DNA of 64,000 bases from a virus. Numbering within the stretch: position 1 is the stretch's first letter; every line of letters starts with the position of its first letter. The notes under the pieces were generated by a model that worked only from the letters and a program-made list of their open reading frames with translations, did not search any database and was not told the origin of the DNA. Positions 59,716 through 64,000 of this stretch are shown here, piece after piece. Position numbers and translations under genes: made by a program. The DNA is taken from the IMG/VR virus record IMGVR_UViG_3300045988_092126. One strand, written 5' to 3'.

Positions 59716-59871
59716 TTATTTGTTTTCTTCCATGATTGCCTGAATGTGTGGCGCGTAAAGTGTGCTCCACAATTCCTCTGCGGAAATACCACATTCTGCG
59801 GCACCCTGGATGTTTTCATCGTAGCTGTTTAATAACTCAATTACTCTTTTTATTCTTTCTTCTCTGCTCAT
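59716..59871 (-). CDS. small hypothetical protein
   Basis: 51 aa from the ATG at 59871 (AAGGAGAAAAAG RBS). MSREERIKRVIELLNSYDENIQG... Confidence 0.4.
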   Translation of the reverse strand: MSREERIKRVIELLNSYDENIQGAAECGISAEELWSTLYAPHIQAIMEENK

Positions 59872-59940
59872 GCTTTTTCTCCTTCTTTCTCCCGGCTTGA
59901 TGACCGGGTTGCTTGTTCTCTGTTGATGGTTATATATTAG

Positions 59941-60086
59941 CATAGTTTAATAATAATGTCAATAGCATAGTTTAATAAATGCATTATTTTTAAAATAGTG
60001 TTTTTTCTCCACATATAATAGGAAATAAAAAATATCGAAATAAAAACCCATAGCCGATTGACGCATAGTTTAATAAATGATATAAT
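59941..60086. promoter_or_regulatory. divergent control region with three CATAGTTTAATAA(A/T) boxes and a rightward promoter
   Basis: Boxes at 59941-58, 59965-82 and 60063-80. TTGACG (60058-63), 17 nt, TATAAT (60081-86), with box 3 filling the spacer. Confidence 0.65.
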
Positions 60087-60116
60087 CAAAGCAAACAATA
60101 ACAGGAGGGTTTAAAA

Positions 60117-60311
60117 ATGGCATTTAAAGAGAAAGAAAAGGAACTTTCATATATTGCACAATATCAAAAAGACAAGTACGACCGTATAACAGTAATGGCA
60201 CCAAAAGGAACCAAGGAAGACGTAAAAAGAGCAGCCGATCTAAAAGGCGTCAAGATGTCTGCATTCGTTCTGGAGTGTATACAGAAAGAATTGGAAAGAA
60301 TGAAAAAATAG
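60117..60311 (+). CDS. ribbon-helix-helix regulator
   Basis: 64 aa. DRITVMAPKGTKEDVKRAADLKGVKMSAFVLECIQKEL is a CopG-like pattern. GGAGGG RBS. Confidence 0.6.
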   Translation: MAFKEKEKELSYIAQYQKDKYDRITVMAPKGTKEDVKRAADLKGVKMSAFVLECIQKELERMKK

Positions 60312-60313
60312 CA

Positions 60314-60361
60314 GAATAGTTTAATAAATTACTTGACGCATAGTTTAATAAATGCTATACT
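60314..60361 (+). promoter_or_regulatory. second copy of the same promoter-operator cassette
   Basis: Box GAATAGTTTAATAAATTA (60314-31). TTGACG (60333-38) plus box GCATAGTTTAATAAATGC (60338-55) plus TATACT (60356-61). A 22-nt stretch is identical to 60058-60079. Confidence 0.65.
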
Positions 60362-60390
60362 GTAATCATAGAAAAGGAAGTGGTTACAGT

Positions 60391-60864
60391 ATGGCAAACT
60401 TAGAAAAATTTTATATTCCGCAATATGATAAGGCTGGAATATATGCAGTTGTCAACAGAACAAAAATGATGGCGTATGTTGGGCAAAGCACGAATATTAA
60501 AAAGAGAGCATTACAACATAAAACAGGGATTCAAAACGGCACTCATAACGTAAAAGAAATTAACGAAGACAAAGAAGACGAATTTACTTTTCTAGTACTT
60601 CATAAATTTTATAGCGAAGAAGTTGCAAAAAATAAATTGGATTTTTGCGAAAAAATTTATATGTTCACATTGGCAAAAGCTGGTTTTAAGTTATATAACA
60701 AAAATGATGTTGGATATTATAAAAATACTCTTGATATTGCAACATATATTTGCAATGATATAGCGTTCGAGCTTGGGACAGATGAGAATTTAAAAGACGC
60801 ATATTTTGAAAAATACGGAAAACATTATTGCTATGATATAAAAATAGCAAATAATTGCAAGTAA
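60391..60864 (+). CDS. GIY-YIG nuclease-domain protein
   Basis: 157 aa from ATG 60391. AGIYAVVNRTKMMAYVGQSTNIKKRALQH (GIY...YVG...R). Confidence 0.55.
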   Translation: MANLEKFYIPQYDKAGIYAVVNRTKMMAYVGQSTNIKKRALQHKTGIQNGTHNVKEINEDKEDEFTFLVLHKFYSEEVAKNKLDFCEKIYMFTLAKAGFKLYNKNDVGYYKNTLDIATYICNDIAFELGTDENLKDAYFEKYGKHYCYDIKIANNCK

Positions 60865-60953
60865 ACAAATAACCAGAGGGGCGAGAAATCGCCCCGATCA
60901 TGAATTAAGAAAACCAATTACACAGCCCCGGACAGGGGCGGACAGGGGGAAAG

Positions 60954-61241
60954 ATGAATATTAAAATTTATTGTAATTATGGTTGCTTATCAGCAGAAAA
61001 AAGAAACGTTTACACATACGGAATGCCACATCCCACAGCTACTTGCTGGGACGAAATGACAGTAGAAATCCCAGACGGCTGGGAAGTTTTCGAAAATTCC
61101 ATGGGAAGCTTAATGGTAACAGCTCCTTGGGGCTTTGTTTACGGGATAAATGAAGTACTTCAGGGCAACGAAAAACCATGCTTTTATGCATTAGATAAAA
61201 ACATGAACGGACACCGCCAGTATTTAAAAGTTTTGGATTGA
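60954..61241 (+). CDS. hypothetical protein
   Basis: 95 aa with GGGGGA RBS. Confidence 0.4.
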   Translation: MNIKIYCNYGCLSAEKRNVYTYGMPHPTATCWDEMTVEIPDGWEVFENSMGSLMVTAPWGFVYGINEVLQGNEKPCFYALDKNMNGHRQYLKVLD

Positions 61242-61256
61242 TAGGAGGAATAAAAA

Positions 61257-61490
61257 ATGATAAAATTAAACACATTATCTTACGTTTACGGACAGAACGA
61301 CACAATAGAGGTCGGAGAGGAATACTATTTCGGTCAGCTCTGGTACGGAGACGGGGACGGGGAAGAGCTGTTAGAGTCCGGAGCAATCGCCGTATATCAG
61401 GACGGCGAGGAGCTTATCGTTGACTTTGAAATCCTGGAGCCCACGGAGGATATTTTACAGACCCGAGTCAAAGTTATCGGGATTAACTAG
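61257..61490 (+). CDS. hypothetical acidic protein
   Basis: 77 aa with AGGAGGA RBS. Confidence 0.4.
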   Translation: MIKLNTLSYVYGQNDTIEVGEEYYFGQLWYGDGDGEELLESGAIAVYQDGEELIVDFEILEPTEDILQTRVKVIGIN

Positions 61491-61501
61491 GAGGCAGGAA
61501 A

Positions 61502-61717
61502 ATGAAGTATATAATTATGGATTATACAGACGGTGATTGTTTCACCGATGAATTTGACAACAAGGAAGAAGCCATTCTGGAAGCGGAGGGGAAATGGTCA
61601 AATCTGACAAGGTTTGAAAAGAAACACAGATCGGAGTTTTACGTGCTGGAAAGCATCAATCCAGATGAAGACGCGCCCAATCATTACGATGGGGACATCG
61701 TAAAACGTTGGAAATAA
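61502..61717 (+). CDS. hypothetical protein
   Basis: 71 aa with AGGAGG RBS. Followed by an AAGCCC...GGGCTT-TTATT hairpin. Confidence 0.4.
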   Translation: MKYIIMDYTDGDCFTDEFDNKEEAILEAEGKWSNLTRFEKKHRSEFYVLESINPDEDAPNHYDGDIVKRWK

Positions 61718-61803
61718 AAACAAGCCCTAGGAGATAATCCCGGGGCTTTTATTGTCTTATTTTGGCGGCGTAATATGAGGGGGAACAACCCCGCCGCCGA
61801 AGT

Positions 61804-62011
61804 TGTTAAAATACATTTAGCACAAAACCGTCGAAGTTGTCAAGCAAAATTTTTTTATTTTAAGGCTTGATTTTTAAAACTGATGTGGATAAAATAAAAT
61901 CAACGACAGGCGACGGAACTCAGGAGGGGAGCGATAGCCAGAACGCGAAAAGAATAAGAATTTAGCAGCCAGATCACGCCGGACAAGGTCCCGGAAGGGT
62001 CTGGCTTTTTG
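61804..62011 (+). ncRNA. candidate approximately 190-nt non-coding transcript
   Basis: Extended -10 TGTTAAAAT (61804-12), no ORF, and a strong terminator AGCCAGA...TCTGGCT-TTTT (61967-62011) with an inner CCGG/CCGG hairpin. Confidence 0.3.
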
Positions 62012-62119
62012 TGTTTAATAACCGGAAAATTACAGTATTACAAGGCGTATAAATATATAATAACTATATATAATCCCCTCCAAGATTCCAAAGCCCTAGA
62101 GTTTATTAATATATATATG

Positions 62120-62137
62120 CTATACAGTACTGTATAG
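62120..62137. repeat. perfect 18-bp palindrome in the AT-rich leader of the terminase gene
   Basis: CTATACAGTACTGTATAG, flanked by (AT)n runs. Confidence 0.8.
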
Positions 62138-62394
62138 ATATAATATATATAATTACTATGGGGAGTAATAAGAGAATAAAAGAAAATAAAATATGGTATT
62201 GACAAGGGTATATTATCTTTGCTATAACAGAGATACAGAGAAAAACAGAATAATTTATTATAACTTTTAATTATGCTACCGAGTCTGGCTTTACTATGAC
62301 TTTACTTTTACGATCACATAAGTGATATGTATGTTTGTATTGTCGTAGTAGGTCCAGGCTTTTTTATTTATATTAATTATCTGGAGGTGATACA

Positions 62395-63003
62395 GTGAAA
62401 AAGAGTAATACAACAGTAACAGAACAGGGAATAGAGGTATATGAGAATGATATATATAGACTCGTGGATGAATATATAAACACTGTGTTACAAGTAACTC
62501 CTGAGGAATTTGATACACAGAAAGAATATAAAGCTGTTGTTGCGGATAGTTTTGTAGATATGATCTTTTATATTCATGACAGAATACCTAAACCAAGTAA
62601 CGACGATATAGAGCTGCTTGATAAGATATTTAATATATTTGTCAGGATATGCAGTAAGTACAGTGTATTGCCAACGCTGGAGGTGTTTAGTTTTCTAGTT
62701 GGTATTAACCGTTCAACGTTTAGCGATTGGATGCGTGGAGACTATAGAGCAAGCTCATCGCATGGCACCACGGTTAAAAAATGGTTCGATATCTGCAAGA
62801 ATTGCACAGTTAACAGGCTTAACAATCAGCCCGGCACAAATGCCAACTTGATATTTATTGCCAAAGCAGCTTATGGAATGGCAGAGACGGCACCAGTGCA
62901 GACAGCGCAGCAAGACGGCATACCACACCAGACAGCACAGCAGATTGCGGACAAACACAGGGCAGCGCTTGAACTTCCAGAGATGGAAAAGCCGGAGTTG
63001 TAA
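62395..63003 (+). CDS. terminase small subunit (tentative)
   Basis: 202 aa with a GTG start behind a GGAGGTGA RBS. PTLEVFSFLVGINRSTFSDWMRG (HTH) and NANLIFIAKAAYGMAE fit the small-terminase pattern. Confidence 0.55.
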   Translation: MKKSNTTVTEQGIEVYENDIYRLVDEYINTVLQVTPEEFDTQKEYKAVVADSFVDMIFYIHDRIPKPSNDDIELLDKIFNIFVRICSKYSVLPTLEVFSFLVGINRSTFSDWMRGDYRASSSHGTTVKKWFDICKNCTVNRLNNQPGTNANLIFIAKAAYGMAETAPVQTAQQDGIPHQTAQQIADKHRAALELPEMEKPEL

Positions 63004-63179
63004 CACAATAAAACGTGGAAAACGTTCGTGAACTGCGGACAAAAGGGCATAAATTCAGATAAATAGTGCAAACTGTATATCATGCACAATTTATACAAGC
63101 GGTATTTGTACAATGTGTATGTCAATCTATATAAGAAACTAAAGTTTGTTGTATAGATACATATGTTCGTGTTAAATAG

Positions 63180-63350
63180 CGCCCCTACGTGCACTTCCTT
63201 GATCACTGCCGCAGGCCTTTCAGAGTCAGCGTTAAGCCAGGGAAGCGGGAACCCATGGGGCGGCGGGCTTCCCTGGTAGCGTCCGGCATGGATACCGGGG
63301 ACCCCCTCTATATAAGTATTAGAATGGGACGAGTGAGTACCCGAAACGCC
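63180..63350 (+). other. GC-rich structured element between the terminase small-subunit gene and the HNH/AP2-like gene
   Basis: 10-bp stem CCAGGGAAGC / GCTTCCCTGG (63238-47 / 63268-77). GTCCGG...CCGGGGAC hairpin (about 63283-63304). No credible ORF. Confidence 0.4.
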
Positions 63351-63390
63351 CGAAAAAACAAAAAAGGAGTTACGCAGAAAGGAACACTAA

Positions 63391-63945
63391 ATGGTATTTG
63401 GTAAAGGAAACAGTAATAACCATTCAAACCCCAAAGATCAATGTTTCTTAACTTGGAGAAATATGTTGAAAAGGTGTTATTCAAGCGAACAGAAATACAA
63501 AAATTACAAAAAACAAGAAATTGTAGTGTGCGATGAATGGCTGGACTTTTTAACATTTAAAAGTTGGTATGACAGAAACTTTTATCGAGTTGATAACGAA
63601 GAAATGAATCTTGACAAAGATATATTGTGCCATGGAAATAAAATGTATTGTCCGGAATACTGTATTTTTGTTCCAAAACGAATAAACACTTTGTTTGTTA
63701 GGTCCAGAAACAGAAGAGGAGATTTACCTATTGGAGTATACAGAGGAAAAGAGTGTTTTATTTCATCATGCAGCGTAAATGGAAAAAATGTTAAAGACAA
63801 ACACAAAGACCAAATATCAGCTTTCCTTAGATATAAGGAAATAAAGGAAAAACATGTAAAAGAAATTGCTAATCAATATAAAGGGAAAATTCCTCAAAGA
63901 CTTTATGAGGCAATGATAATGTTTGAGGTAAAAATAGATGATTAA
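63391..63945 (+). CDS. HNH-like / AP2-domain homing-endonuclease-like protein
   Basis: W.NMLKRCY......YKNY....I.VCDEW.DF..FKSW, then LDKD...GNK.YCPE.C.FV....N (degenerate His-Me finger), then an IGVYR...NGK...AFLRYKE AP2-like segment. Confidence 0.5.
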   Translation: MVFGKGNSNNHSNPKDQCFLTWRNMLKRCYSSEQKYKNYKKQEIVVCDEWLDFLTFKSWYDRNFYRVDNEEMNLDKDILCHGNKMYCPEYCIFVPKRINTLFVRSRNRRGDLPIGVYRGKECFISSCSVNGKNVKDKHKDQISAFLRYKEIKEKHVKEIANQYKGKIPQRLYEAMIMFEVKIDD

Positions 63946-64000
63946 TGGTTGCCTACAAACAAACCTGTGATTTAATTTTTTCCCAAAAAACAAAAAAAAG

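Noticed and set aside
63189-63404. 71-aa ORF in the GC-rich element upstream of the HNH-like gene.
   Set aside because: It has no RBS, and its Arg/Gly-rich translation is typical of GC-rich non-coding DNA. It also overlaps the RBS and start of 63391..63945.

Overview
The window looks like about 64 kb of a temperate, siphovirus-type phage genome (long tape measure, no sheath gene). Codon usage and gene families suggest a low-GC Firmicutes, Clostridia-like host. All calls come from reading the ORF translations and the DNA by eye; no searches were run.

Gene order, left to right:
- 3-3172: head module (MuF/gp7-like fragment, scaffold, decoration-like, gpE-like capsid, connector).
- 3173-12886: a 9.7-kb accessory block. 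It holds an XhlA-like protein, a sigma-r4-like HTH, a run of Gln/Pro-, Gly- and Cys-rich proteins, an HExxH peptidase, two fiber-like proteins (one fused to a CX5R tyrosine-phosphatase domain), XkdX-like genes, an AbrB-like gene and a Xer-like tyrosine recombinase.
- 12887-27969: head-tail joining and tail genes, with a Rha regulator and an r1t-type holin inserted. This stretch also holds the chaperone with its -1 frameshift, the 1658-aa tape measure and a 1670-aa Ig-like/LRR tail protein.
- 27970-28613: a 640-bp repeat-rich spacer.
- 28614-30005: endolysin.
- 30118-32829: moron region with an orphan LytTR response regulator.
- 32843-33568: CI/Cro switch.
- 33611-52856: antirepressor, recombination and replication genes. 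These include an SMC-like ATPase, RecT, an interrupted MBL hydrolase, a replisome organizer and a DnaC-like loader.
- 52920-54359: integrase next to an apparently intact attP that carries a tRNA 3'-end mimic.
- 54502-62394: accessory operons under ribbon-helix-helix (RHH) control, including a J-domain protein and about 0.75 kb of ORF-free, GC-rich DNA.
- 62395-63945: small terminase and an HNH/AP2-like gene.

The observations I consider most worth following up:
- the island that splits the virion operon;
- the fiber-phosphatase fusion;
- a 10-nt gap in the MBL gene with the layout of a translational bypass;
- a start-less HeH ORF that may extend the capsid protein by frameshifting;
- the ORF-free GC-rich region.
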